Below are positions 19,608-30,712 of a stretch of DNA of 64,000 bases, one piece after another (the first letter of the stretch is position 1; every line of letters begins with the position of its first letter). The stretch lies in contig OY970364.1 of NCBI GenBank assembly GCA_963718565.1, positions 2,176,001 to 2,240,000 of the forward strand, read 5' to 3'. Source of the DNA: an uncultured Verrucomicrobiae bacterium (GTDB taxonomy: Bacteria > Chlamydiota > Chlamydiia > Chlamydiales > Rhabdochlamydiaceae). The notes beneath the pieces were generated by a model. It worked only from the letters and a program-made list of their open reading frames with translations. It was not told where the DNA came from and did no database searches. Made by a program: the position numbers and the translations under genes.

Positions 19608-21446
19608 ATGATTTACATCTTTTTATTTTTATTAGCTATCATAAAGCCGACCGCCATTTTGGCGGTCGCAAATGTAGCAATTGCTCCAGTTTCTGAAAAA
19701 GAAGTTCTAGAAACTTTTCTTCGTGATTTATTTGAAAGATCTCAAGCGGGATATGTTCTTTATGGTTCAAAGCCGATTTGTATAGAAGGTGTGCAACCAC
19801 ATGAGACAAACCTTTTCATGTTGGGTGAGGATCTTCATAGGAGAAGTATTATCCTCAAAGAAGGGTACAAGATTTGGCAAAAACTTCCCAACAAAAGCCA
19901 AAACTATTTTATTCATTTTTATGAAACCCAAAGCTATGGTTGGCAGCACGTTCTCTTTATTAATCGAGAAGAATTCATAAAGGTAGTTAAGGAGAATCTT
20001 CCTTTATTTCAATACGTTTTGGGACCCGAGGTTTCTCCCGAAGGGCTCTTTGCAAAATTATTAGATCATGAAGAAAGTTTTTCCTCAGTTTTTAATAATA
20101 ATAAGGTGCTGATAGGCATTGCGCTAGGATTTGGAACGCAAAATGCTTTGCATGTTAGCAGAGAAGAGGAAATTGAGGCATCGCTTGCGAAGAAAGAGAA
20201 AATTCCTTTTAAACCTTCTAGCCTTAAATTAAAGGAGAACAAAAAAAAGGGAAATGTTGATAGTAAAACTCTAGAAATGATCCCAAGTTTTGGGCACCCT
20301 TCTTTAGTGGAAGAACTTGACCATTTGGATGAAATCCTATTTGTTTCAAAAGATCTTGTTGAAAACTCTTCTCCTCTTATTCCTTGGTTTGGATGTCTTA
20401 AAAGTAAAGAAACGCAACAATTACTAAAAACATATATTAAAACACAAAAGAAGGTCCACGAAATATTAGAAGATGAACAGTTTTTAGAGAAAATCTTAAC
20501 GCGTTGTGGAAAAAAAGAAATTCCAAAAATACTCTTTAATCTCTCTTCTCAATATCAAGATTTGGAATTAGAAGAGCATTGTAAATTGCCGGTTGTAATC
20601 GCTAAGTCAATATGCCAAAGCTTGCCCGAGCATGATAGCGAATGGATAGAGTTTTTTACGCAAGGGATGAGAGCTGTTGAGAATGATGATTCAATGCTCT
20701 CTCGTCGTGAATGGTATCGTTTATTAGACAGATATCGAGACATTGAAAACTTTTTAAGGAAAAAGCAGAATCTCATGCAATGTGAAGAATTCTTTTCCAG
20801 GTTAATTGATAGAAGAGATTTAATCTGTTTAGTTCCTGGAAAACTTTATTATAAAATTGTCAAAGAAGGAAAAGGGGAATCTATTGCCACCTCATCCGCG
20901 GTTGTAGAAGTAGCCTACGTCATTAAGAATCATTTAGGAAAAATTCTATGTACTTCTGAGGCCGAAGATGAATCTGTTATTGATTTATCAAGCTGTATTA
21001 CTGGATTTACTGAAGTTATCAAAGGGATGTCCATTGGTGAAGAAAGAGAAACTTATATTCATCCAGCATTTGCATATGGGGAATCTTCACAGTTTCCACC
21101 TAATATAGGTTTGATCGCTGAAGTAAAACTTGTGAGAATCATTAGACAAGAAAAAAAAGAAGAGGAACGGTCTATTCTAGCTCTATCTCTTGATGCTGAA
21201 AGTTCGGATAAATCGGTGCTTCAACAAAAATATCAAGATCTTCGAGATCAATTAGCATTTCAATTGGGAGCAAGAACATGGGCGCATTTCAAAAAGGGAC
21301 AAAATACAGGATATTTTTTAGAGCAAGTGATTGGGTCATTGCTTGAAATTAATGAACATGAGCCCATTGGACTAAACCTAGAAGAGGAAGAGTTGCTGAC
21401 AAGGCTCCATTGGAGGATCTATCATTTTTCCGAAACAAACGGATAA
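19608..21446 (+). CDS. Exported protein with an uncharacterised N-terminal region and a C-terminal FKBP-type PPIase (Mip-like) domain
   Basis: LYYKIVKEGKG, ITGFTEVIKGMSIGEERETYIHPAFAYG, FPPN...EVKLV; N-terminal GYVLYGSKP motif. Confidence 0.8.
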   Translation: MIYIFLFLLAIIKPTAILAVANVAIAPVSEKEVLETFLRDLFERSQAGYVLYGSKPICIEGVQPHETNLFMLGEDLHRRSIILKEGYKIWQKLPNKSQNYFIHFYETQSYGWQHVLFINREEFIKVVKENLPLFQYVLGPEVSPEGLFAKLLDHEESFSSVFNNNKVLIGIALGFGTQNALHVSREEEIEASLAKKEKIPFKPSSLKLKENKKKGNVDSKTLEMIPSFGHPSLVEELDHLDEILFVSKDLVENSSPLIPWFGCLKSKETQQLLKTYIKTQKKVHEILEDEQFLEKILTRCGKKEIPKILFNLSSQYQDLELEEHCKLPVVIAKSICQSLPEHDSEWIEFFTQGMRAVENDDSMLSRREWYRLLDRYRDIENFLRKKQNLMQCEEFFSRLIDRRDLICLVPGKLYYKIVKEGKGESIATSSAVVEVAYVIKNHLGKILCTSEAEDESVIDLSSCITGFTEVIKGMSIGEERETYIHPAFAYGESSQFPPNIGLIAEVKLVRIIRQEKKEEERSILALSLDAESSDKSVLQQKYQDLRDQLAFQLGARTWAHFKKGQNTGYFLEQVIGSLLEINEHEPIGLNLEEEELLTRLHWRIYHFSETNG

Positions 21447-22126
21447 TCTTTTTTGATCTGTTTTAAAACTTGGCAAAGCATGGCCAGATTGAGTTTGCCA
21501 GTGTTTGTATTTTGTGGGCTGGGATGGTAGCAAGAATAAAGTGTAGGGAATCCTTCGATGAGCTGTTTTTCGCCGTGTTGGAAACGATGAAAGATTTTTG
21601 GACCTCCCTGATTTTTCACATAATGAAGATAGCCATTAAAAGCAAATCCACCGAGCGCCAGCACTGCGGTGAGATGTTTCAAAAGAGCACATTCATTGAG
21701 CAGATAGGGAAAACAATTCTTCTGTTCTAATGGGACGGGTCTGTTTTTTGGAGGAACACACTTGACAACCGCGGTCATGTAGCAACCCTGAAGTTTTAGC
21801 CCATCGTCCCTACTTTCTGATGTCGACTGATTAGCAAATCCTTCTTTGTGGAGCGCTTTAAACAAAAAGCGCGCAGATTCATCTCCTGTAAAAATTCTTC
21901 CCGTGCGATTGCCCCCTTGAGCGGAAGGGGCTAGTCCTAAAATCAGTAGAAATGCTTTGGGATCCCCGAAGCCGGGAACGGGGCATTTCCAATACATTTG
22001 ACCTTCGAATTTGGGTTTTTCGGGAACATTTTCGCGAAATGTCACAAGACGCGGACAACGCCGACATTCAGACACGCAAGCATTGAGGGTTTTGAAAGAA
22101 TCAAATTCAAATAGCTCCATCTTCAA
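21422..22126 (-). CDS. Uracil-DNA glycosylase, family 5 (UdgB-like)
   Basis: CRRCPRL, PVPGFGD, GLAP..GGNRTGRIFTGD, YHPSPQNTNTG. Confidence 0.9.
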   Translation of the reverse strand: MKMELFEFDSFKTLNACVSECRRCPRLVTFRENVPEKPKFEGQMYWKCPVPGFGDPKAFLLILGLAPSAQGGNRTGRIFTGDESARFLFKALHKEGFANQSTSESRDDGLKLQGCYMTAVVKCVPPKNRPVPLEQKNCFPYLLNECALLKHLTAVLALGGFAFNGYLHYVKNQGGPKIFHRFQHGEKQLIEGFPTLYSCYHPSPQNTNTGKLNLAMLCQVLKQIKKDYPFVSEK

Positions 22127-23109
22127 CTCTCTTCCCAGATCATGGGAAGCACATTTTTTAGCTCGCTTTCTTTATGTTTAAGCATCATGAGTCGATCGAA
22201 TCCCACAGCAACTCCGCAACAGTCAGGGAGCCCCAGTTCAAGAGCTTCCAAAAAGCGCTCATCGATTTTTAAGGCTTCCTTGCCGGCATTCAGCCGAGCT
22301 TGATTCGAGGCTTCAAGACGTTTGCGCTGTTCTACTGCATCGGTGAGCTCGTAATAGCCATTGGCCAGTTCAATCCCTCGATAATAGACCTCAAAGCGGC
22401 ATGCAACCCGTTCGCCATCAGGAAGAATGATTGTCTTAGAAAGGGCTGCTTGAGAAGCAGGGAAATAACTGAGCACAAACAATTCTGCATGTCCTAATTG
22501 TGGTTCGATGAGAAAGCTGACCAGTAATTGTAAAAGGGTATCTCTATCCCAAGTCGCAGCATCGTTGGGAAGATTGAGACTGCTGCTTTTTGCATGATCT
22601 AAAAGCTCAGAAACTGAAGAAGTTAAATAATCAATTCCCAGATAATGCTTCAATACCTGGCGATAGTTCATCAATCGATGTGGCAAATCGCCTAAAAACA
22701 GCCGAATAAAGTCGAGTGTTTCAGCAATCATCTCTTCAAAACTGATTCCAAGACGGTACCATTCCGTCATTGTGAATTCGGGATTATGCAAAGGTCCAAT
22801 CTCCCCATCGCGAAAAGCATGACTGATCTGATAGATATCTCCGATGCCGGCAGCAATGAGGCGTTTCATTCCATATTCCGGCGAGGTGTGGAGATATCCT
22901 ACTTCAGCATCTTTCATTGCGATCTTCATCACATCGATATGCAAATCGATTGGAGCGCTTTGCGAAAGTGCGGGGCAGTCCACTTCCAGCACATTTCTTT
23001 CGGCAAAGAAAGCGCGAGCTTTCTGGAGCATGAGCGCTCGGTCAACGAGAAAAGGAATTTTGGCTCGCAAAGACAGTTCGAGTTCATTAGACGCGGGAGA
23101 CATATTCAC
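22123..23109 (-). CDS. epmA: EF-P beta-lysine ligase EpmA/GenX
   Basis: LHTSPEYGMKRL, HNPEFTMTEWY, RFE..ELANGY, GLPDCCGVAVGFDRL; adjacent to efp. Confidence 0.93.
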   Translation of the reverse strand: MNMSPASNELELSLRAKIPFLVDRALMLQKARAFFAERNVLEVDCPALSQSAPIDLHIDVMKIAMKDAEVGYLHTSPEYGMKRLIAAGIGDIYQISHAFRDGEIGPLHNPEFTMTEWYRLGISFEEMIAETLDFIRLFLGDLPHRLMNYRQVLKHYLGIDYLTSSVSELLDHAKSSSLNLPNDAATWDRDTLLQLLVSFLIEPQLGHAELFVLSYFPASQAALSKTIILPDGERVACRFEVYYRGIELANGYYELTDAVEQRKRLEASNQARLNAGKEALKIDERFLEALELGLPDCCGVAVGFDRLMMLKHKESELKNVLPMIWEES

Positions 23110-23650
23110 CTGTGCGTGTGTCCACTTTAATTTTTTCCCCTTCTTCGATAAAGATGGGAACTTGAATTTTTGCGCCGCTTTCAGTCACAGCAGGTTTGAG
23201 CACGCGTCCTGAAGTGTCGCCGCGCAACCCTGGAGCTGTTTCGACGATTTTCATCTCCATGAAAGTGGGAGGAACAACTTCAATCGGTTCGCCTTTATAG
23301 AAGACGATAGCATAGACGACCTCTTCCATGAGCCAGTGCTGCTTATCTTGCACGATGGTATTAGAGACCGTGAGTTGCTCAAAAGATTCATCGTCCATGA
23401 ACACAACGCCATCGCTTTCTTTGTAGAGTAGGCGCATTTTTTTCTCTTCGACGTCCGCAGCACCGACTTTTTCGCCAGACTTAAAGGTTTTTTCCACAAC
23501 CCGTCCCGTAAGCAGATGCTTTAATTTGATGCGATTGAAGGGCTGACCTTTGCCCGGTTTGACAAATTCGTTGCTCACAACGGTGTAGGGTTCGCCTTCG
23601 ACTTCCACTTTAAAACCCGTTCGCAAATCGCTTGTACTGTACTGTGCCAT
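23087..23650 (-). CDS. efp: Elongation factor P
   Basis: VKPGKG, PGLRGDT, VPIFIEEGEKIKVDTRTGEYVSR. Confidence 0.97.
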   Translation of the reverse strand: MAQYSTSDLRTGFKVEVEGEPYTVVSNEFVKPGKGQPFNRIKLKHLLTGRVVEKTFKSGEKVGAADVEEKKMRLLYKESDGVVFMDDESFEQLTVSNTIVQDKQHWLMEEVVYAIVFYKGEPIEVVPPTFMEMKIVETAPGLRGDTSGRVLKPAVTESGAKIQVPIFIEEGEKIKVDTRTGEYVSRV

Positions 23651-23810
23651 GCTTAAAATCCTTTAAGTCTTAAAAGTTATGACGTCACGCAAATAGGGCG
23701 ATTTTGATGGGAAAAGGGTTAAAAAGCAAGCTTTCCTGGGAAATTCCAGCAGCTGCCTTACTAGAGTGATGTAAAAAAATAAAATAAAAATTCACTCGCG
23801 AAATACTATA

Positions 23811-23840
23811 GAGGGAATTGCAAACCCCCTCGCCGCAATA
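23811..23840. repeat. Solo end of the GAGGGAATTGCAAA family
   Basis: GAGGGAATTGCAAACCCCCTCGCCGCA; further ends at 27210, about 49675-49689 (reverse) and 60206. Confidence 0.7.
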
Positions 23841-23844
23841 AGCC

Positions 23845-24330
23845 TTCCCGATCATTTATGGTTATGACTCATTAGGGCGTCTTCACCGAATGGTAACAGC
23901 AGAGCTTATGACCATAACGGAGCACGATCTTTTAGATCGAGTCATCGAAGAAAGAAAAGAAGATAGACAAGGCAATGTGTTGTCGCAAATTGCGTATACT
24001 TATGACAGCTCCGGCAACAAAAAAAGCCTCACACGTTTCATCGATGGAAAAGAAGCTACGGAACATTTTGAATATGATTCCTTTAATCGCCTCATCAAAA
24101 AACAAGATCTTTTAGGAAATACCACAACCACAACCTATGATGATGAGAACCATCAACAAACCAGCATCGATCCCCTTGGTCTGGAGACCATCGAATCCTT
24201 TAACACCCACGACCTCACTCAAACAGTTGAAAAACGCTCTTCTCAAAATGAAACACTCCTATGCGAAGAAAACAGTTACGATGGCAATGATAACCTCATC
24301 GCTAAAGAAACCACTCTCCCCAACCAATGA
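23845..24330 (+). pseudogene. Internal fragment of an RHS/YD-repeat protein
   Basis: YGYDSLGR, YTYDSSGN, FEYDSFNR, TTYDDE, YDGNDN repeats; bounded by MITE sequence at both ends. Confidence 0.8.
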
Positions 24331-24479
24331 CGAAGCCATAGTGGAAACTATGGCTGCGGAGACACGAGAAGGTCCGGTGGACCTTCGTAGTGCGGAGCAG
24401 GTGAGCGAAGCGAACTGGGGGGATTGATTGGGCAGAGCCGCAGCCAGTCCAAATTCACAAAACCTAACGGAGCGCGGTA
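24326..24479. mobile_element. Right-hand part of a TACYG-family MITE
   Basis: Closely similar to 58154-58307; its TGA ends the RHS fragment frame. Confidence 0.85.
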
Positions 24480-24543
24480 TAAGATGTTTGGACTAATTTC
24501 GCTCCTTCGTCGCGAAACGCTTGGCTCCCGTCTTCTTTTCCTA

Positions 24544-25671
24544 CTAACGGGACCGATCATTGGATTGAGAGACCTGTGGAACAGCATTGGGAGGAGGTCC
24601 GTAGCGGTTGAGCATTTGTTGGATGCGCTGCCGTTCTGTTGAAAGAGCGGTGATATTTTCTTGGAATTGCTGTTGATTTGCGGAGATGTTGTTTCGGAGC
24701 TGCTGGTTGTTCAACTGCATGTTGGAGACCGCATCGCGAATTGCAGTGTCAAATTGATTGCGAAGTTGAACGAGGGCTTCGTGGATCGCTTGAAAGTTGG
24801 CGCGCTCGGCTGCGTATTGCAGCTGAATGTCATGCAGTTGGGTGGCAGCTTGTTGCACTTGTTGTTGAAGTGTCCCTAGTTCTTGAATTCTTTCATGGAC
24901 ACGATTTTCAGCACGCAGCTCAGACAGATATTGCCTGAGTTGGTTGAGCTGTTCGCCCAGTCCTTGCTGTTGGGTTGTAAGGTGATTTGTGATTTGCTCG
25001 CAGAGCCCTCGCGATGCTAAAATTTGCTGATCGAGCACACGAAGGCTCTGATCAAGTCCTTGGACATTATTGTGCAGATGTGAATTTTCCTGTTGAAAAC
25101 GAAGCATTTCTGTGCGAATCCGTTCGGCGCTTTCGCGCAGTTGCGTGACTTGCAGTGTCAGCTGCGTCACTTGAGTCGTCAGCCTTGTATTTGTCTGCCG
25201 GAATGCCTCATTTGTCGTCTGCAAGTCTCTATTTGTCTGAAGAAAGGCTTGATTGGTGCGTTGCAGATCCCGATTGGTTTCAGCAAGGCGGTTATTTTCT
25301 CCTTCCAGATTCTTTGTGAGTTGCTCTAGTTTTTCTTTTGACTCCCTCAATCCTTTGGCAGTGGCTTCTAAATCATTTAATAGGGAAAAGCGCCGCATAT
25401 AAAAAGCACTGACTCCGGAAGAAATTGCCATGAGGGCAAAGACGGCGCACAGCATGGTCGAACTGGTGAAAAAGGCGATAGCGCAACAACCGACAGCGAT
25501 GATTGTGCTGCAATCCATGAGGATCACTTTCCAATTGTTTGTCACTCTGTCCATCAGAGGATTCGTACAGATATAGCTTTTGCATTTTTGCAATTGAGGG
25601 CACTGAAATTGAGAAGAGAACATATTAGCAAGCTGATCGTAAACCTGTTTAATTGGGAAGCATTCCGCCAT
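24544..25671 (-). CDS. IncA-like inclusion membrane protein (bilobed hydrophobic segment plus long coiled coil)
   Basis: About 45-aa bilobed hydrophobic stretch followed by Q/N/L-rich heptads; GGAGG before ATG 25671. Confidence 0.75.
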   Translation of the reverse strand: MAECFPIKQVYDQLANMFSSQFQCPQLQKCKSYICTNPLMDRVTNNWKVILMDCSTIIAVGCCAIAFFTSSTMLCAVFALMAISSGVSAFYMRRFSLLNDLEATAKGLRESKEKLEQLTKNLEGENNRLAETNRDLQRTNQAFLQTNRDLQTTNEAFRQTNTRLTTQVTQLTLQVTQLRESAERIRTEMLRFQQENSHLHNNVQGLDQSLRVLDQQILASRGLCEQITNHLTTQQQGLGEQLNQLRQYLSELRAENRVHERIQELGTLQQQVQQAATQLHDIQLQYAAERANFQAIHEALVQLRNQFDTAIRDAVSNMQLNNQQLRNNISANQQQFQENITALSTERQRIQQMLNRYGPPPNAVPQVSQSNDRSR

Positions 25672-25808
25672 AGTTACCTCCTGAAAGAAAAAAAAGAATA
25701 AGACCAAAGAAATATTTTAGCAACATATTTGGTTCGCGGTTTTATTCACTTCCTTGGTTGCAGAATGTGAGGCTTTCACGTATTCTTGCAAAAAACAGGA
25801 GCATTGTG

Positions 25809-26624
25809 ATGGCCGGAGAAATTACCGAAGAGCAGTTTGCTAAGGACACCTTGGAGCGGTATTCTGGATGTGAGATCTCGCAGTTCCATTCTAATCTTTT
25901 GCTCACGAATTTTCCGCGCTACGTCGATTACTTTGCTAAGACCCGCGATATTAAAATTATCGAAGGATCGATGTTCAAAGTCGCCCATAGTCCCAAAGAT
26001 GATGTGAGCATCCTCGATTTTAAAATTGGCTCCCCAGCTGCAGCCCTTGTCGTCGATCTCTGTTCTTTCATGCCGATCAAGACGAGCCTTCTTTTAGGGA
26101 TGTGCGGAGGATTGCGCCGCCGTTATCAAACGGGAGATTATCTTGTTCCTGTTGCCAGCATTCGTGGTGAGGGGACATCGGATTTCTATTTTCCTTCTGA
26201 AGTGCCAGCCCTTGCGAATTTTTTGATGCAGAAGGCCGTCACTGAAGTCCTTGAATTGCAAAAAGCTGTCTATCATATCGGAATCACCTATACGACCAAC
26301 ATGCGCTTTTGGGAGTTCAATGAGGAGTTCAAAAGCAGATTGAAAGCGACCAAAGCCCAGGCTATCGAGATGGAGTGCGCGACATTGTTTGCTGCTAGCT
26401 ACAAACGTAAATTCACATTAGGGGCTTTGCTTCTTGTCTCCGATCTGCCTTTAAATGCCGATGGAATTAAGACGAAACGCAGTTCTGAGTCCGTGTATGA
26501 GCGGTACATGGCAGATCATGTGGAAAAGGGCGTGATGATTCTAAAAATAGCCCGCAAGATGCAAGAGCAGCATATCAAAGGGGCTTACCACCGCAACATT
26601 GGCATGGGCCCGCCGAAAACTTGA
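25809..26624 (+). CDS. amn: AMP nucleosidase
   Basis: LLLTNF..YV, IGSPAAAL, LGMCGGL, IRGEGTSDFY, AIEMECATLF, LLVSDLPL. Confidence 0.9.
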   Translation: MAGEITEEQFAKDTLERYSGCEISQFHSNLLLTNFPRYVDYFAKTRDIKIIEGSMFKVAHSPKDDVSILDFKIGSPAAALVVDLCSFMPIKTSLLLGMCGGLRRRYQTGDYLVPVASIRGEGTSDFYFPSEVPALANFLMQKAVTEVLELQKAVYHIGITYTTNMRFWEFNEEFKSRLKATKAQAIEMECATLFAASYKRKFTLGALLLVSDLPLNADGIKTKRSSESVYERYMADHVEKGVMILKIARKMQEQHIKGAYHRNIGMGPPKT

Positions 26625-26697
26625 ATCTAAAAATATTCGCAGGAGTTAGCACAATGAAAGGAGTTTTTTATTCGTTGATAACATTATTGTGATACCT

Positions 26698-27230
26698 TCA
26701 ATGAGGCTTCACGCAATACATGCAGGAATAATGATGATCAAGGAGAGGTAACATTAAGTGTTTGTTGTATACAGTGACTTTCATGTGATGGAGTATGCCA
26801 TCATTTTCAACCAGATCAAAGAAAATATTTCTTCCGCAAAAATGGTGTTTATATTTTTTCCAGACTTCAAAGCCTTTGTGAAAAAGAGCATCATCTTCAT
26901 CAAATCCTTCAAAAAATAAATCTATTCTATCCATCCAATTTAGCTGTCTAAATTGATAGGGATTCAATAATAGCTTTGGTTTGAAATAAGAATAAAAACT
27001 CATAGGTTTACCTCCTAATAAGGTGTAACCTATGACATCTTCTTGAATCAAGGTTCGAAAAAAAAACTCTAATAAGAGACGTTCATCAGAAGACAGTGAC
27101 GAGAGAAATTCTCTTATTTTTATTAATCCTGTAATCTTTTCTTGCGGGTTGGAATTTGAAGTGCATCCAAAAACAAAAAGCAAAAAAAGCAAAGATACAA
27201 CTTTCTTAAGAGGGAATTGAATACAACGCA
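26698..27230 (-). pseudogene. Lipoprotein-like gene related to the N-terminus of 19608-21446, probably truncated; start uncertain
   Basis: FVFGC lipobox; LEFFFRTL..IGYTLLGGKPMS and KGFEVWKK align with LETFLRDL..AGYVLYGSKPIC and EGYKIWQK. Confidence 0.55.
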
Positions 27231-27379
27231 AAGACACAAAGGTGCTAAGACGCCAAGAATGATATCTTAGCGGCTTTGCGTCTTGGCATTTAAACTTTTT
27301 CTCGTTCACGAACTGTATATATCGGAAGTGATTCAAGAGGAAACATCTGCTCGCATTTAAAAACTGCATAGGTAAAAGG

Positions 27380-30300
27380 TTATTTTTTGTGTTTGAGATC
27401 GAAATTGTCGGTCAAAGCAGCGATGACTTGCTTTTCTAGCTCGTCGGGTTTTTTGAGGCGTGGCAAAGCGATTGTTTTTCGAACAACAGTTTTGCCGCTC
27501 TGACGTTCTGCTGTGAACGTGAGATTTTCGAATTTAAGCAAAGTAAAATGATGTGCGGAAGCAAAGAGGCGAAGGCGAGTGAGGTGATAAAGCCACAACA
27601 CTTGGGGAGGATAGGGTCCAAAACGGTCTTTGAGTTCTGCAAGGATGGCATCGACATCGTCTATGCTGGCAGATTCGCCAAGCCGATGGTAGATTTCCAT
27701 GCGCAGCGATGTTTCATTGATGTATTCTTCGGGAAGGCTAGCATCGAAGGAGAATTCCATCTTGACTTCTGTGAAAGATGGGGAGCTTTTTTTCTTCAGA
27801 GCTTCCATCGCTTTTTTGAGCAATTTACAATAAAGATGGAAGCCGATCGATGAGATTTGGCCGGATTGCTGCGTGCCGAGGATATCGCCAGCTCCACGGA
27901 TTTCTAAATCTCGCATTGCGATTTTCATTCCCGCCCCAAAACCTGAGGATTCGGTCAGAGCATGAAGGCGGCGCTTTGTTAATTCAGGGAGTTCACGCGC
28001 CTTAGGGATTAGAAAATAGGCGTAAGCCGGACGATTCCATCTGCCAACGCGTCCGCGCATTTGATAAAGATCTGCAAGTCCAAAAGTATCGGCGCGGTCG
28101 ATGAGAATGGTATTGGCATTGGGAATATCAATTCCATTTTCGATAATTGTCGTCGCGACGAGGATGTCAGCTTGACCGCTCTTAAACGCATGAAAGACCG
28201 AATCGAGCTCATCGGCGGACATCTGCCCATGGCCAGTGACGACGCGTGCTTCTGGAAGCAGGTTTTGGATTTCTTCTGAAATGCGGAAAATCGTCTCAAC
28301 GCGATTATGAATAAAAAAGGCTTGGCCGTCGCGAGAAAGTTCGCGCATTAACGCGTTTTTGATCAGCTGAGGATCGCGTTCGGCGATCAGGGATTTGATG
28401 GGAAGGCGATCTTGAGGGGGGCTGTTGATCATAGAAATTTCTTTAGCGCCGATGAGCGAAAGATAGAGAGTTCGGGGAATGGGAGTTGCCGACAGCGTGA
28501 TGCAATCGACTCCGACTTTAAGCCTTTTGAGATGTTCCTTGGCCCGAACGCCAAAACGCTGCTCTTCATCGATAATCAATAATCCGAGATCTTTGAAGAT
28601 GACATCTTTGCTGATGAGTCGGTGTGTACCGATGAGGATATCGACTTTTCCTTCGGCAGTTTTTTTCAGTGTTTCTTTGATTTCACGGCTGGAGCGGAAG
28701 CGGGAAAGAACGGCGATGTTAATTGGAAAATTGGCCATGCGGGCGGAAAACGTTTCAAAATGTTGGATCGCCAAAACGGTCGTCGGGACAAGGACAGCGA
28801 CCTGTTTTTTTCCATCGACAACGGCCTTGAATGCTGCGCGCATCGCGACCTCTGTTTTGCCGTAACCGACATCGCCACAGATCAATCTGTCCATCGCTTT
28901 GGTCGATTCCATATCTTCTTTAATCGTGGCAACGGCAGTGAGCTGATCTTCTGTTTCAATAAATGGAAAATCGGACTCAAAGAGCTGAACTTCGTGAGAA
29001 TCGGGAGGAAAAAGATAGCCGCCATGGACAGTGCGCTCGGCATACATCCGCAACAGCTGATCCGCATAACCGATGATCGCTTGCTGGGCAGCAGCGCGTG
29101 TTTTTTGCCAGCGGTTGGAACCGAGTTGGCTTAAAGTCGGGATTTCTTCTTTGGCCCCGATGTAACGGCTGACGAGATGGGATTGTGAAACAGGGACGAA
29201 GAGTTTACTGTTTTCAGCGTATTCGAGGATCATATACTCGGTCGGTGTACCCACATGATTGGGCCGTTTTTCAATCCCTAAATACTTGGCGATCCCGTTG
29301 TGAAAATGGGCGACGACGTCTCCAGGGACAAGCTCATGAAAATCAGAAGCGGGAGTGTGGTAGGTGTTGCGCCATTTTTGGCGTCGAGGTTTTAAGCGAT
29401 GATTCAATTCCGTCATGGGGAGAAGCGCGATTTGGGCATCTTCTAACACAAACCCACTGGAGAGATATCCCAAATGGTAATGCGCATTTTTCGGAAGGGA
29501 GATCTGATCGGAGCTCACTTTGTCGATAAACGCACTTTTCTCCGATTCAGTCGAGCAGACAAAATGCACTTCAAATTCCGTGTGCGCATGACGATTTAAA
29601 GCATGTAAAATTTCTTCCTCTGTCGCTGCAGACCTGTTTTCAGAAAGAGAAAAATAATCGGAGATCGGAATGAACGGATGCAAACAGCGTTTGGTTTTAA
29701 TCGTTCTTCCCAGGATGTGAAACTTCAAAGGCTGTGCAGGGGATTTCCCGCTATAAAAGGCCCGTCCCATTCTCTCTTCAATCTGCACCTCGGATAATTC
29801 CTCAACGCGCTGAGCGGACCAAAATAGTCGATGAAGAGATTCTGTGCGTTCAAAGAAACTTTCAAAGCTCGAAAAAAAAGGAGTTTTGAAGCCAGGTAAA
29901 CTTTTCAAGGAGACCCAACGGTCTTCTAGACGGAGCAGATCATTGAAAATCACGAGGGTGTCTTTTCCGAGATAGTCCAAGAGTGTGCACATTTCCTTGT
30001 CCTTCTCTAGCAGTAATGTCAATTCCGAGGCGGGGGGAAGAAAGAATTCTTCCACCTTACCAATCGATTTCTGAGAAACAGGGTCAAATCTGCGGATTTC
30101 ATCAATGTCGTCTCCAAAAAACTCAATGCGGTAAGGGTCAAAGGACGTGAGGGGAAAAATATCGATGATGCCTCCTCTTAGGGAATATTCCCCTTTGTCA
30201 GAAACAACAGGCACGCGTCGATAGCCGAGATCGGAAAGGAGTTCAGGGACAGTTGCGAAAGGAATCGAAGATCCTTTTTTCCACATTTGTGTGAGAGGTT

Positions 30301-30712
30301 TGAGGACTTTCTTTGCTGGAAGCTTTTGGAGCACCGCTTGCAAAGGGGCCAAAATGACGTGAGGAGAGGATGAATTCATCAAAGAATGTAACACTTGCAG
30401 TCGTTTGCCAACGAGATCTGGGCTAGGGAGGATCTCTTCGCCAGGAAGTGTTTCCCAAGAAGGAAAATCGAGGATGTTAGGCAGAGAAAAAAAATTCAGG
30501 TCTTCAAAGAGACGGTCGTCGGCGCTGTCGCTGATGATGAGAAGATGTTTTTTTGTCGCAGAGGCGATCAGCCAGATCAGCGCGGCCTTGGATCCCTCCC
30601 AGAGTTCTTCGATCAAAAGTGAAGGTTCCTTTTGAATCACTTCTAGGAGATGCGCAAGGATGGCGCTTTTTAGCAAAGTTGCGTGTAATTTTAAGTCCTT
30701 GCGGTGAGCCAT
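27380..30712 (-). CDS. mfd: Transcription-repair coupling factor
   Basis: [59 protein letters not shown]. Confidence 0.97.
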   Translation of the reverse strand: MAHRKDLKLHATLLKSAILAHLLEVIQKEPSLLIEELWEGSKAALIWLIASATKKHLLIISDSADDRLFEDLNFFSLPNILDFPSWETLPGEEILPSPDLVGKRLQVLHSLMNSSSPHVILAPLQAVLQKLPAKKVLKPLTQMWKKGSSIPFATVPELLSDLGYRRVPVVSDKGEYSLRGGIIDIFPLTSFDPYRIEFFGDDIDEIRRFDPVSQKSIGKVEEFFLPPASELTLLLEKDKEMCTLLDYLGKDTLVIFNDLLRLEDRWVSLKSLPGFKTPFFSSFESFFERTESLHRLFWSAQRVEELSEVQIEERMGRAFYSGKSPAQPLKFHILGRTIKTKRCLHPFIPISDYFSLSENRSAATEEEILHALNRHAHTEFEVHFVCSTESEKSAFIDKVSSDQISLPKNAHYHLGYLSSGFVLEDAQIALLPMTELNHRLKPRRQKWRNTYHTPASDFHELVPGDVVAHFHNGIAKYLGIEKRPNHVGTPTEYMILEYAENSKLFVPVSQSHLVSRYIGAKEEIPTLSQLGSNRWQKTRAAAQQAIIGYADQLLRMYAERTVHGGYLFPPDSHEVQLFESDFPFIETEDQLTAVATIKEDMESTKAMDRLICGDVGYGKTEVAMRAAFKAVVDGKKQVAVLVPTTVLAIQHFETFSARMANFPINIAVLSRFRSSREIKETLKKTAEGKVDILIGTHRLISKDVIFKDLGLLIIDEEQRFGVRAKEHLKRLKVGVDCITLSATPIPRTLYLSLIGAKEISMINSPPQDRLPIKSLIAERDPQLIKNALMRELSRDGQAFFIHNRVETIFRISEEIQNLLPEARVVTGHGQMSADELDSVFHAFKSGQADILVATTIIENGIDIPNANTILIDRADTFGLADLYQMRGRVGRWNRPAYAYFLIPKARELPELTKRRLHALTESSGFGAGMKIAMRDLEIRGAGDILGTQQSGQISSIGFHLYCKLLKKAMEALKKKSSPSFTEVKMEFSFDASLPEEYINETSLRMEIYHRLGESASIDDVDAILAELKDRFGPYPPQVLWLYHLTRLRLFASAHHFTLLKFENLTFTAERQSGKTVVRKTIALPRLKKPDELEKQVIAALTDNFDLKHKK

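Noticed and set aside
27220..27290. ACGCAAAGAC...CTTTGCGTCTT REP-like palindrome
   Set aside because: Single degenerate copy with no associated mobiliser gene in the window
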